DNA of 64,000 bases, taken from NCBI GenBank assembly GCA_963813535.1, contig CAWEZH010000002.1, positions 736,001 through 800,000 of the forward strand, in the 5' to 3' direction. This DNA comes from an uncultured Chloroflexia bacterium (GTDB lineage Bacteria; Chloroflexota; Limnocylindria; Limnocylindrales; CSP1-4). Positions within the stretch are counted from its first letter, which is position 1. Every line of letters starts with the position of its first letter. A program made the translations under genes and the position numbers. The notes beneath the pieces were generated by a model. It was not told where the DNA came from and searched no databases. It saw only the letters and a list, made by a program, of their open reading frames with translations. Positions 49,450-58,686 of the stretch are shown here, in pieces.

Positions 49450-50007
49450 TCAGACCCGGGTCTGGTACTCCCCGGTCCGCGTGTCGATGCGGATGGTGTC
49501 GCCGCTCTCGACGAAGATCGGCACCTGGACCACCAGACCGGTCTCGGTCGTCGCCGGCTTCCGCGCACCGGTCTGCGTGTCGCCAGCGAACCCGGGCTCC
49601 GTTTCGATCACCGACAGGTCGACACTGACCGGCAGCTCGACGCCTATGGTCTCGCCCTGGTAGCTGGTCCGATCGAGCGTCATGCCGTCCTTCATGTACT
49701 GCGTGGCGTCTCCGAGCTGCTCGGCCGTCAGGTGGAACTGATCGTAGGTGTCGTTGTCCATGAAGTGGAAATCAGCGCCGTCGCGGTACAGGAACTGGAC
49801 TGGTCGCTGCTCGAGCTGGGCGCGGGGCCACTTCGTCCCCGCCTGGAACGAGCGCTCGATGGTCTGCCCGCGCTTGACGTTGCGCAGGGTGATGCGGACC
49901 TGGGCCGAGCCTCGACCCATCTTGATGTGGTGGTAATCGAGGATCTGCCAGAGCTCGCCGTCGAGCTCGATGGTCACGCCCTTGCGCAGTTCGCCGGTAC
50001 TGATCAT
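49450..50007 (-). CDS. efp: Elongation factor P
   Basis: HHIKMGRGSAQVR, FLY.DG, FMD..TYDQ, KPA..ETG..V.VP.F, DTRTGEY. Confidence 0.97.
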   Translation of the reverse strand: MISTGELRKGVTIELDGELWQILDYHHIKMGRGSAQVRITLRNVKRGQTIERSFQAGTKWPRAQLEQRPVQFLYRDGADFHFMDNDTYDQFHLTAEQLGDATQYMKDGMTLDRTSYQGETIGVELPVSVDLSVIETEPGFAGDTQTGARKPATTETGLVVQVPIFVESGDTIRIDTRTGEYQTRV

Positions 50008-50109
50008 GTCGTCGAAGGGCTCCCTGGGCTCGGACCGCCGCGCAGGCGCGGACGGACCGCAGATGGGCCGGGATGAGGCGCCCATTCTAGCCGCTACGAT
50101 GCGCTGACC

Positions 50110-52419
50110 ATGGACCCCGTCCTCGCTGCGGCACGGCCCGCGTTCGATCCTGCGGACGTCGTCGATATCGCTCGACGGACGTTCGACGTCGAGTCGGGCG
50201 GCGCCCGCGATCTCGGCAGCGAGCGCGACCAGGCGTTCCTCCTCCTCGACGCGTCGGATCGTCCGCTGGCGGTCATGAAGGTGTCGAACATCGCCGAGGA
50301 CCCGCGGACGCTCGACATGGAGGCGCTTGCGGTCCTCCATGCGAGCCGGGTGGATCCCATGTTGCCGTTGGCGATCCCGTGGCTCGCGCCCGGCGCCGCG
50401 AGCACGTCCGTGGACCCGGTCGACCGTCGCGTCCCGATCTCGGCCGCGGACGGCGACCACCACGTCCGCATGTACTCCGTGCTGCCGGGACGGACACGGG
50501 TGGACGCCATGGACCTGTCAGATGCCGCCCTCGGCGAATGGGGTGAGGTGGCGGCGCGAGTCGGTCGCGCGTTGCGCGGCTTCTTCCATCCGTCGGCGCA
50601 GCGCACGATGCTCTGGGACGTCCAGCACGCCGCACGATCGCGCGAGCTGCTCGGAGCGATCCGTGACACCGATCACCGCGATCTCGTGGAGGTCGTGCTC
50701 GACCGCTTCGAAACCACGGTCATGCCGGTGTGGCCAGCACTGCGCGCGCAGGTCGTCCACGGCGACCTGACCACAGACAACGCCCTCACCGACGCCGCCG
50801 GCATGGTCAGCGGCATCGTCGATTTCGGCGACATGAGTCACAGCGCGCTGGTCACCGATCTCGCATCGCTGCTCGACTCGCTGCTCAACGACAGGACCGA
50901 CGACGAGCTCTTCCGCTCTGCGCGGCTGGTGCTCGACGGCTACCAGCGGATCACGCCACTCGAGCCGGTCGAGCTGCGCCTCCTGCCGGAGCTCTTGGCA
51001 GCCCGTGCCGCGGTCACGATCGCGATCTCGTCGTGGCGCGCCGGGCGCGGTCTCGAGGACGCGACGTTCGCGGAGCGCTACAACGGGTCGGTCGCCGCGA
51101 CGATCCGCACGCTGCTCGATGTCGGCTGGGACGAGGCTGCTCGCCGGTTCGGTGCCGCGAGCCACGCATCTCCGTCGAGTGGCCTTGCTGCGCGGCGGGA
51201 GGCCGTGCTCGGACCGGCGATGGAGGCACTCACGTACGAGGAGCCGATCCACGTCGTGAGCGCGAGCGGCGTGTGGATGACGGCGGCCGACGGGCGTCGG
51301 TACCTCGACGCGTACAACAACGTCCCGTGCGTCGGGCACGGCCATCCGCGGGTCGCCGAGGCGATCGCCCGGCAGGGTCGACAGGTCAACACCAACATGC
51401 GCTACCTGCACGAGACGGCGATCGAGCTTGCCGAGCGGCTCGTGGCGACGATGCCACCCGAGGCCGGCCTCGACACCGTCATGTTCGTGAACTCGGGATC
51501 GGAGGCGAACGACGTCGCGTGGCGGCTGGCGACGAGTTTCACGGGGAACGACGGGGCGCTCTGTACCGCCTTCGCGTACCACGGCGTGACCGAAGCCACC
51601 GCCGCCTTGTCACCCGAGTCGTGGCAGGCCTCGCGCCGGCCGGCACATGTCGAGACCTGGGCGCCACCGGACCGCCTGCGCGGGTCGAACCTCGACGGCG
51701 AGCCGTTCAGCGCGGCGGTCGCCCGGCTCCGGGAGCGCGGGCTCGCCCCGGCCGCGACGATCCTCGACGGTGTGCTGACGAGCGACGGCTTCCTCGACGC
51801 GGGCCCGGCCCTTGCCGCGGAGTGGCTCGCGGCGACCCGGGCGGCCGGGGGCCTGTGGATCGCCGACGAGGTCCAGGGCGGTCACGGTCGCACCGGACGG
51901 GACATGTGGTCGTTCCAGCGCCTGGGCATCACGCCCGACATCGTCACGCTCGGCAAGCCGATGGGCAACGGCCACCCGGTCGGGGCGGTCGTGACCCGCC
52001 GGGAGATCGCAGCCAGGTTCGCGGACGAGACGGTGTTCTTCAGTACGTTCGGCGGCAACCCCGTCTCCGCGGCGGCAGCCATCGCCGTATTGGACGTCAT
52101 CGACGACGAGTGCGTGCTGGAGCGCGTCACGCTCGTCGGAGCCGCGCTGGTCGACGCGATCCGGTCGGTCGCCCTGCCCTACCCCGCCGTCCGCGACGTG
52201 CGCGGGGTGGGTCTGGCGATCGGCGTCGAGATCACGGACGTCGACACGGCTCGCGCGATCAAGGAGGACCTGCGCCGGCGCGGCGTTCTGATCGGCACCG
52301 CCGGTCGTGATGGGAATGTCTTGAAGGTCCGTCCGCCCCTGGCCTTCTCCGTGGCCGACGTCCGGGTGTTCGCGGACGCCCTGGCGGCGACCCTCGCTTC
52401 TCTCGGAGCGGGCGCCTAA
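50110..52419 (+). CDS. Fusion of APH-like kinase and class III aminotransferase-fold domain (hydroxylysine kinase / phospho-lyase type)
   Basis: LGSERD, HGDL..DN, DFGD; [45 protein letters not shown]. Confidence 0.88.
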   Translation: MDPVLAAARPAFDPADVVDIARRTFDVESGGARDLGSERDQAFLLLDASDRPLAVMKVSNIAEDPRTLDMEALAVLHASRVDPMLPLAIPWLAPGAASTSVDPVDRRVPISAADGDHHVRMYSVLPGRTRVDAMDLSDAALGEWGEVAARVGRALRGFFHPSAQRTMLWDVQHAARSRELLGAIRDTDHRDLVEVVLDRFETTVMPVWPALRAQVVHGDLTTDNALTDAAGMVSGIVDFGDMSHSALVTDLASLLDSLLNDRTDDELFRSARLVLDGYQRITPLEPVELRLLPELLAARAAVTIAISSWRAGRGLEDATFAERYNGSVAATIRTLLDVGWDEAARRFGAASHASPSSGLAARREAVLGPAMEALTYEEPIHVVSASGVWMTAADGRRYLDAYNNVPCVGHGHPRVAEAIARQGRQVNTNMRYLHETAIELAERLVATMPPEAGLDTVMFVNSGSEANDVAWRLATSFTGNDGALCTAFAYHGVTEATAALSPESWQASRRPAHVETWAPPDRLRGSNLDGEPFSAAVARLRERGLAPAATILDGVLTSDGFLDAGPALAAEWLAATRAAGGLWIADEVQGGHGRTGRDMWSFQRLGITPDIVTLGKPMGNGHPVGAVVTRREIAARFADETVFFSTFGGNPVSAAAAIAVLDVIDDECVLERVTLVGAALVDAIRSVALPYPAVRDVRGVGLAIGVEITDVDTARAIKEDLRRRGVLIGTAGRDGNVLKVRPPLAFSVADVRVFADALAATLASLGAGA

Positions 52420-53654
52420 CCGGGGCCGGTGCCGACGATCACGAGGTCCCGCGGGAAGCCGGTGAGCCGCTCCATCCGTCTGGCCGTCGCGTCGATCGAC
52501 ACGAGATCCTCGATCCGCACCCCGATCTCGCCGTCGAGGTAGACACCGGGTTCGACCGAGAAGACCGTCGGGCTCGGCAGCGGCGCATCGGTCGCCCGCC
52601 TGCTGAGCGTCGGGGCCTCGTGCGTTGCGAGTCCGATGCCGTGGCCCAGGCTGTGCCCGAAGTGCTCGCCGTGCCCGGCGGCCCCGATGACCTCGCGGGC
52701 GATCGCATCGACCGCACGGCCCGACGGCAGGTCGCCACCTCGATCGAGCGCCTCCTGGAGCGCCTCCATCGCGGTCGCCTGGGCGCGTGCCACGAGCTCG
52801 TACACCTCGGCGTCGCGCGACGACGGCTCGCCCACGAACAGCGTTCGCGTCATGTCGCTTCGATAGCCACCGACCTGCGCGCCGAAGTCGAGCAGCAGGA
52901 CGGCGCGATCCGACACCGGCCGGTCTCCGGGTGCGCCGTGGGGCAGCGCCGCCTCCGGCCCGGACAGGCACGCGACGTCGAACGCGAGGGCCTCCGCACC
53001 GCTCGTGCGCATCGCCCATTCGAGCCGGAGCGCAAGGTCCCTCTCGCTGACACCCGGACGGATATCGGGCAGCAGCGCGGCAAGCGCGCGGTCGGCCACC
53101 GCGCAGGCCGCGGCGATCCGCTCGATCTCGGCGGGCTCCTTGGTCGCCCGATCCTGCTCGATCCAGCCTTCGATCGGCACGAGCTCGACGTCCGGTGCGG
53201 CGGCAGCCAGACGCTCCCAGACGGCGTGCGGGACGAACGCCGACTCGACACCGACCCGCTTCGCCCCGACCGAGCCGACGAGCTCGGGCCAGCGAGCCTG
53301 GAGGTCGCCGTAGACGATCTCGATCCTGGCCTCTGGCGCCTCGCGGCGGGCCTGGATCTCGTAGCGCGAATCGGCGAACAGGACGAGATCGTCGCCCGAT
53401 AGCAGGAATTGCCCGGAGTTCCCGGCGACCTTCTCCTCGCCGTCGGCGAGGATGAACCCCGTGAGGTAGCGCATGTGCTCGCGGCGGACGCCGAAGTACG
53501 CGTCCAAGCCCGCGCCGGCGAAGCGGTCGCGGACGCGTTCGCGACGGACGGGTCGGGCCGCCCTGTCAGCCTCCTCCCAACGCCGCAGGTCGGCCGGGGT
53601 CGGTGGCCCGGCGAAGTCGGCCGGGGTCGGCCACGCGGCACCGGCGAGCGTCAC
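52416..53654 (-). CDS. Xaa-Pro aminopeptidase (M24)
   Basis: ALPHG, LDFG, YRSDMTRT, HSLGHGIGL..HE, SVEPG.Y, GVRIED. Confidence 0.93.
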   Translation of the reverse strand: MTLAGAAWPTPADFAGPPTPADLRRWEEADRAARPVRRERVRDRFAGAGLDAYFGVRREHMRYLTGFILADGEEKVAGNSGQFLLSGDDLVLFADSRYEIQARREAPEARIEIVYGDLQARWPELVGSVGAKRVGVESAFVPHAVWERLAAAAPDVELVPIEGWIEQDRATKEPAEIERIAAACAVADRALAALLPDIRPGVSERDLALRLEWAMRTSGAEALAFDVACLSGPEAALPHGAPGDRPVSDRAVLLLDFGAQVGGYRSDMTRTLFVGEPSSRDAEVYELVARAQATAMEALQEALDRGGDLPSGRAVDAIAREVIGAAGHGEHFGHSLGHGIGLATHEAPTLSRRATDAPLPSPTVFSVEPGVYLDGEIGVRIEDLVSIDATARRMERLTGFPRDLVIVGTGPG

Positions 53655-55057
53655 GGGATGTAGCCGTATTTCTTCCGGTTCGCGTCGTGTTGCTTCTTGG
53701 TCTTGGCGAAGGCGTGCTTCCCATCGGTCTCGGGGATGGCCAGGAAGTAGATGTACTTGTCGGCCGTGTCTGGATGGAGCGCCGCGTCGATCGAGGCGAG
53801 CGTCGGTGTCGCGATCGGCCCGGGGATGAGCCCGGGCTGGGTGTACGTCTGGTAGCCCATCAGCTCCGGCGGCAGCGGGACCTCACGGAGCGGTGCTTCG
53901 GGCACGACCCAGAACCGATAGTCCTGCCACTTCTCGAAGTCGAGGGCGTCCAACTGGACGGTGTCGTTCGCGTAGAGGACCGTCGGATCGGCGTTGAGGA
54001 TCTTGTTCTTGATGCCCGGGATGCCGTCCATCCGGTTCTGGTACACGCCGGCGATGAGCGCCCGCTCTTCGTCGAGGACGGCCTCTCGCTCGACGATCGA
54101 GGCGAGCGAGAGGACCTGGTAGAACGTCAGCCCGCGATCCGCGGCGACCTTGAGCTTGTCGTCGCCGACCGCTGTGTGGAACCCGTCGAGCATCTTGCGG
54201 ATCAGCTCCTCGGGTGTCGTGTCGGGCAGCAATCGGTACGTCCCCGGCCAGAGGAAGCCCTCGAGCGATGCACCGTCGGGCGCATCCTGGAGGACACGAC
54301 GAAGCCACGGGTAGTCGGCGAGCAGCGCCTCGGGCGGCTCCTTGGCGAGCTCGTAGAACTCTCGCGGATCCATCTCGAGGGCCTCACCATCGGTCTTCTT
54401 CTTCTGCAGGAGCGCGGTGATCTGCTCGAGACGAAGCGCGGTCCGCAGGTCCACTTCGATGTACGGATTCGGCGGTGGGGCGAGCAGCGCCGAGACCAGC
54501 TGGTCTGGCGTCATGTTGCCGCGCAGCACGAATGTCCCCTGCTGGAGCGCGCCGGTGAGGTCGCGCTGACTGGCGAGGAAGATGAACGCCCGCGGATCGC
54601 GGATGAGACCCTCTGCGCCCAGGCGCGTGGCGATGGTCGACGCGGTGTCACCGTCTTCGACCACGAACTCGACCTGCTCGGCGTTGGTCGAGACCGGCTG
54701 GGTCAACGCCGTTCCGAGGTCCTCGCGCACGATGTCGGCCACGAACGGGAGACCCAGCGCCCCGGGGCTGTCTTCGGCCCAGGAGAGGATCGCGCCGTTG
54801 ACGAGCGGCCGCAACGCGGTGAGGGCGACGACCAGGACGAGGCCGGCCAGTAGGACCGCGAACAGCACGAACTTGATCAGCCCGACGACCCCGCCCCCAC
54901 CACTGCCTCGTCGGCGACCGTTTCGACCTTCCTTCCCGGACCGACGCGACGGTTCGAAGCCCTCCGGGACGTACTCGGTCGCGTAGGCGTCCGGCTCGTA
55001 GCGTCGGGCGTGCGGGGTTCGTCCGTCGCGCGGGCGGCCGCCCGAGCGGATCGTCAT
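53651..55057 (-). CDS. mltG: Endolytic transglycosylase MltG
   Basis: TM helix, LEGFLWPGTY, LASIVERE, IAGVY.NR, ADPTV.Y, Y.TY...GL.PGPI, YIYF. Confidence 0.92.
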   Translation of the reverse strand: MTIRSGGRPRDGRTPHARRYEPDAYATEYVPEGFEPSRRSGKEGRNGRRRGSGGGGVVGLIKFVLFAVLLAGLVLVVALTALRPLVNGAILSWAEDSPGALGLPFVADIVREDLGTALTQPVSTNAEQVEFVVEDGDTASTIATRLGAEGLIRDPRAFIFLASQRDLTGALQQGTFVLRGNMTPDQLVSALLAPPPNPYIEVDLRTALRLEQITALLQKKKTDGEALEMDPREFYELAKEPPEALLADYPWLRRVLQDAPDGASLEGFLWPGTYRLLPDTTPEELIRKMLDGFHTAVGDDKLKVAADRGLTFYQVLSLASIVEREAVLDEERALIAGVYQNRMDGIPGIKNKILNADPTVLYANDTVQLDALDFEKWQDYRFWVVPEAPLREVPLPPELMGYQTYTQPGLIPGPIATPTLASIDAALHPDTADKYIYFLAIPETDGKHAFAKTKKQHDANRKKYGYIP

Positions 55058-55551
55058 GGGGTCGTCTCCATCGTGGGCCGGGCCTGGGCGGACCTGATCT
55101 CGCGGCGGCTGTCGAGCTCATCTTGCAGGATGATCGCCGCGGCTTCCCGATCGACGCGCGCACGGTAGGCGTCACGCTGCGTCCGCGAAGGCGGCCCGCC
55201 GGATCGTCCGCGGCTCATCGGACCGAGTCTGGTCTCGGCCACGTGGCTGCTCAGCCGCTCGTCGCGCAGCCCGATCGAGACCCGCTCGCCGAGGTGCGTG
55301 GTGATCCCGTCGACCCAGGTGCGGGTCGCGGCGGCCTGTGGCCCCTCGTGCCCGGCCGCATCGATCGGCAACCCGACGATGAGCTGCGTGACGGCATGCC
55401 GCTCGATGAGCGTGAGCAGCGCGGCCGCATCCGCCTCCACCGTGCGTCCGCGGCGGAGCGTCACGAGGGCTCGGGCACCGACGTCCGGGCCGTCGGCGAT
55501 GGCCACGCCGATCCGGCGCTCCCCGAGATCGACGCCGAGCAGCGCGGTCAT
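55054..55551 (-). CDS. ruvX: RuvX/YqgF family nuclease
   Basis: LGVDLGERRIGVA, VGLP, DERLSS, VD..AA..ILQ. Confidence 0.93.
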   Translation of the reverse strand: MTALLGVDLGERRIGVAIADGPDVGARALVTLRRGRTVEADAAALLTLIERHAVTQLIVGLPIDAAGHEGPQAAATRTWVDGITTHLGERVSIGLRDERLSSHVAETRLGPMSRGRSGGPPSRTQRDAYRARVDREAAAIILQDELDSRREIRSAQARPTMETTP

Positions 55552-57422
55552 GGTTCGACGACCTCGGCCGTCCGAACGTCGACGCGCGCATCGAAGGTCG
55601 GGATCGTGCCGACCCAATCCGGCCAGACCGACAGCTCGGCCTGGCCGTACCTATCGAGGATGGCCTGGGCATCGGCCAGGGGCTTACCACGGATCTCGGC
55701 CTCGATCGCGGCCGGGTCGATCTGCAGCACCTGGCGTGCGGTGATGGTCACGGGGAACGAGATCACGCCGGCCTCGACCTGGCCGGGCGACGGCGTGACG
55801 TCGCTGGAACCCTCGACCAGCGCATAACCCTGTTCCACCTGCGGCGCGATGTTCGCGTCGGCGACCTCCTGGACTGCCGCCTCGTCGACCGCCTGGACCG
55901 TTCCGGTCGCCATCGCCCCAAGCTCGAACGATTCGATCTCGTCGCCGAGCAAGGTGGCCGGGTCCACGCTGTAGCTCGCCTCGCCGAGGACTCCCGTCTC
56001 CGGGAAGACGGTCGTGCCATCAGCGACCAATGTCGGGTCGGTCAGCTGCTCGGCAAAGGCCGTGGCGAGCTGGGCGTCGACCGCCTTGGTCGCGGCAGCG
56101 ATGTCGGCCTGGACGACGCGCGGGAACTCGTCCCGTTTCCCGCCTCGTGTCGGCTCGGGATTCGTCACGTCGAGGGTCACCGGGTTCTCATCGCGCGGGA
56201 TGACGTGGATCGCGTTGGCCTCGACGTTGCCCTCCGGTCCGGCGTTCGCGGCCCGCACCTTGACCGCCGCCGACGTCGGGAACACCTGGAGCCCGACGAG
56301 CTCGGCCGGCGGGATCGTGATCGAGCGCTCGGTCCGGAAGCGGATCCCGTTCTCGGTACTGACAGTGCTGCCCTTCGGGATCGTGTTGGAGTCGGTGAAA
56401 TCCTTGTTCCGGAAACGGACGGTGCCGGTCGCCGCAGTCTCCTCGACGCGCTTGCCGGTCACCTCGAACGGCATCGTCGCCTCGACCGGGATGTCCTTCG
56501 TGACCGCCGGGACCGTCCGGCCGACCGGATCCGGCTCGGTCGCCGAGGGATCCGCCACGATCCGCAGCGGGATCGGTCCGATCACGCTCTCGCGGGGCGC
56601 GATCACGGCGGTCGCCGTCGGCAGGAACACGAACGCGCCCACCCCACCGACGACGAGCGCCAGACCGAGGACGGCCGCCCCGGCCACGATCGGCGTTCGG
56701 CGCAGACCCGCTGCCAACCCCTCACCCGCCGGCACCGGCCTGACCCGGGAGCCAGCCGGGATCGGCTCGGACGGCGTGTCGGCCACGACCCGCGCCGCCG
56801 GGACGGCCGCAGGGGCGCGGTGCGAGGCGGTCACTGCCGCGTCGCGCGGCGGTGGGCCCGGCACGTCCGAGGGGAGCGCCGCCGCGCCGCCTGTCGTGGT
56901 GCCCGCCGCCGCGACCGTGGCTCCGGCAGCCGCCAGCCCGACGGGCCCGGCGGATCCCGGCGTGGCGTCGATGGCCGCACCGTCGCGGTCACCACGGGGC
57001 TTGCGTCCGCCGCTCCCTCGCGGTGATGCCCTCGATGCCCCCACGGCGGTCGCCGCGGCAGCGGCTGCTGTATGTCCCGTGTCGTCGCGTTCCTCAGCGG
57101 CCGCCTCAGGCGTTGCCTCGGCGGACGGAGCGACCGAGCCGCCCTCCTGCACCGACGATTCGTACTCGGTCACGCTCGCGAAGATCGGCAGACCAGCAGA
57201 CGCGGCCAGAGCGCGTGTCGCAGCGTCACTCGCCACGATCGCCAGTCGCTTGCCGTTCAGCGTCGCGTCCCGGGCGAGCAACCGGAAGTTGATGCGCGAC
57301 GTCGCCACCCGCGAGCCGTTCGGCAGCACGATCGCGATCCGGCTCGTCTCCGCGGCGCGCACGCGGGTCGCCGCGGTCGTGATCTCGTCGTCGATGTCGA
57401 GATACAGGATCCGGACGTCCAC
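55548..57422 (-). CDS. Single-pass membrane protein: N-terminal alpha/beta domain, disordered linker, TM helix, baseplate-J-like C-terminal region
   Basis: YLDIDDEIT N-terminus; TM AAVLGLALVVGGVGAFVFLP; A.G.V.F.N, IPKGSTVST..GIRFRT, V.A...G.EGNV..N.I, V.N..PT.GG. Confidence 0.75.
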   Translation of the reverse strand: MDVRILYLDIDDEITTAATRVRAAETSRIAIVLPNGSRVATSRINFRLLARDATLNGKRLAIVASDAATRALAASAGLPIFASVTEYESSVQEGGSVAPSAEATPEAAAEERDDTGHTAAAAAATAVGASRASPRGSGGRKPRGDRDGAAIDATPGSAGPVGLAAAGATVAAAGTTTGGAAALPSDVPGPPPRDAAVTASHRAPAAVPAARVVADTPSEPIPAGSRVRPVPAGEGLAAGLRRTPIVAGAAVLGLALVVGGVGAFVFLPTATAVIAPRESVIGPIPLRIVADPSATEPDPVGRTVPAVTKDIPVEATMPFEVTGKRVEETAATGTVRFRNKDFTDSNTIPKGSTVSTENGIRFRTERSITIPPAELVGLQVFPTSAAVKVRAANAGPEGNVEANAIHVIPRDENPVTLDVTNPEPTRGGKRDEFPRVVQADIAAATKAVDAQLATAFAEQLTDPTLVADGTTVFPETGVLGEASYSVDPATLLGDEIESFELGAMATGTVQAVDEAAVQEVADANIAPQVEQGYALVEGSSDVTPSPGQVEAGVISFPVTITARQVLQIDPAAIEAEIRGKPLADAQAILDRYGQAELSVWPDWVGTIPTFDARVDVRTAEVVEP

Positions 57423-57423
57423 G

Positions 57424-58686
57424 TCAGACCTTCATCGCGCGGAGGACCCGCTTGAGCGCGACATCGAGCGGATCGGCGATCGTCTGGAGCTCGATCGCCT
57501 GGTACGCGAGACCGAGGGGTGTGACGTCCTGCTGGTCGACCAGGAGGTCGGTCGCGTCGACCACGGTCTCGATCTGGTCCGGAGCCAGGACGGTGACCTC
57601 CGGGGGCCGGGCGAAGGGCATCCGCTTCCAGAACGTCTCGGCGGCAAGCGCCTCGCGGATCTCAGGCAAGCGCGACCCACCGCCGCACAGGAAGATCCGG
57701 CCGGGCAGCAGATCGCCACCCGACAGTTCCTCCATCACGAGCTCGACACCGGCGGCCCACACGCGGACATCGTCGCCGATGATGTTCGCGATGTCCTCCC
57801 GGCCCTCGACCTCGAGTCCGCGGGCGTAGTCGACCTTCAGCGATTCGGCACGTGGGAACGGCAGGTCGAGCCGGTCGGCGATCGACTTCGTGAAGGCTCG
57901 GCCACCGAGCGCGAACATGCGCGTCCCCTCGATGCCGCCCTGGCGCACGAGGGCGACGTCGGTCGTGCCGCCGCCGACGTCGACGAACAGGGCACCGGTC
58001 TGGCGGATCTGGTCGGTGCCGAGGACCCGCGCCACCGCATACGGCTCGGCGACGATCTCGAGCAGCTCCAGATCGAGTTGCGACGCGACGCTCTGGAGCG
58101 CGCCGAGGTGCACGAGCGGCGCGAAGGCGTTGAAGATGCCGATCCTGACGTGACGGCCCTGGAACCCGACGGGGTTGGTCAGTGCATACCCATCGATCGA
58201 CGCGGACGTCACCGCCGCATGGACCAGCCGCACATCGACGTGCGGGAGTCCGGTCTCCCAGGTGATGGCGCGCTCGGCCTCGATCAGGGCCTCCCGCTGG
58301 ACGCCGTCGATCAGCTTCTGGAGCTCCGCCTCGGAGATCGGCTGGTCCGGACGTTTGCGCTCCTGGCTGTGCGTGGTCGTGAATCCCTTGACCAGCTCAC
58401 CGGCGATGCCGATGACGACCTGGCTCGGTCGGAAGCCGGCCATCTCCTCGGCTTCCTGGAGCGCCACCGCGCAGTTATCGACGACCGCCGCGATATCCGC
58501 GACGGTCCCTGATTGCATGTGCGAGAGGCCCTGCCTCTTGCGGCCGACGCCGCGCACCGTGCCGAGGCCCTCGTCGTCGATCTCGAAGACCAGGGCCTTG
58601 GCGAACTCGGTCCCGACGTCGAGAGCCGTGCACGCTGCCAGGTCGTCGGCCCCATCGCGTTGCCAGATCCGGCGCCAGAAGGCCAT
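57424..58686 (-). CDS. FtsA-like actin-fold ATPase
   Basis: ALDVGTEFAK (phosphate 1), AEPYAVA (connect 1), DVGGGTTDV (phosphate 2), GG..FT..IA...AESLK, LCGGGSRL (adenosine). Confidence 0.88.
   Translation of the reverse strand: MAFWRRIWQRDGADDLAACTALDVGTEFAKALVFEIDDEGLGTVRGVGRKRQGLSHMQSGTVADIAAVVDNCAVALQEAEEMAGFRPSQVVIGIAGELVKGFTTTHSQERKRPDQPISEAELQKLIDGVQREALIEAERAITWETGLPHVDVRLVHAAVTSASIDGYALTNPVGFQGRHVRIGIFNAFAPLVHLGALQSVASQLDLELLEIVAEPYAVARVLGTDQIRQTGALFVDVGGGTTDVALVRQGGIEGTRMFALGGRAFTKSIADRLDLPFPRAESLKVDYARGLEVEGREDIANIIGDDVRVWAAGVELVMEELSGGDLLPGRIFLCGGGSRLPEIREALAAETFWKRMPFARPPEVTVLAPDQIETVVDATDLLVDQQDVTPLGLAYQAIELQTIADPLDVALKRVLRAMKV

Noticed and set aside
55548-57422. Prophage or contractile injection system suggested by the baseplate-J-like region
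   Set aside because: No sheath, tube, terminase, capsid or integrase genes nearby; the protein has a TM anchor and sits in a housekeeping operon.
56014-58512. Long antisense or alternative-frame ORFs (e.g. 832 aa here, 735 aa at 6742-8949, 619 aa at 22274-24133)
   Set aside because: Shadow ORFs of real genes, expected at high GC; low-complexity and without motifs.
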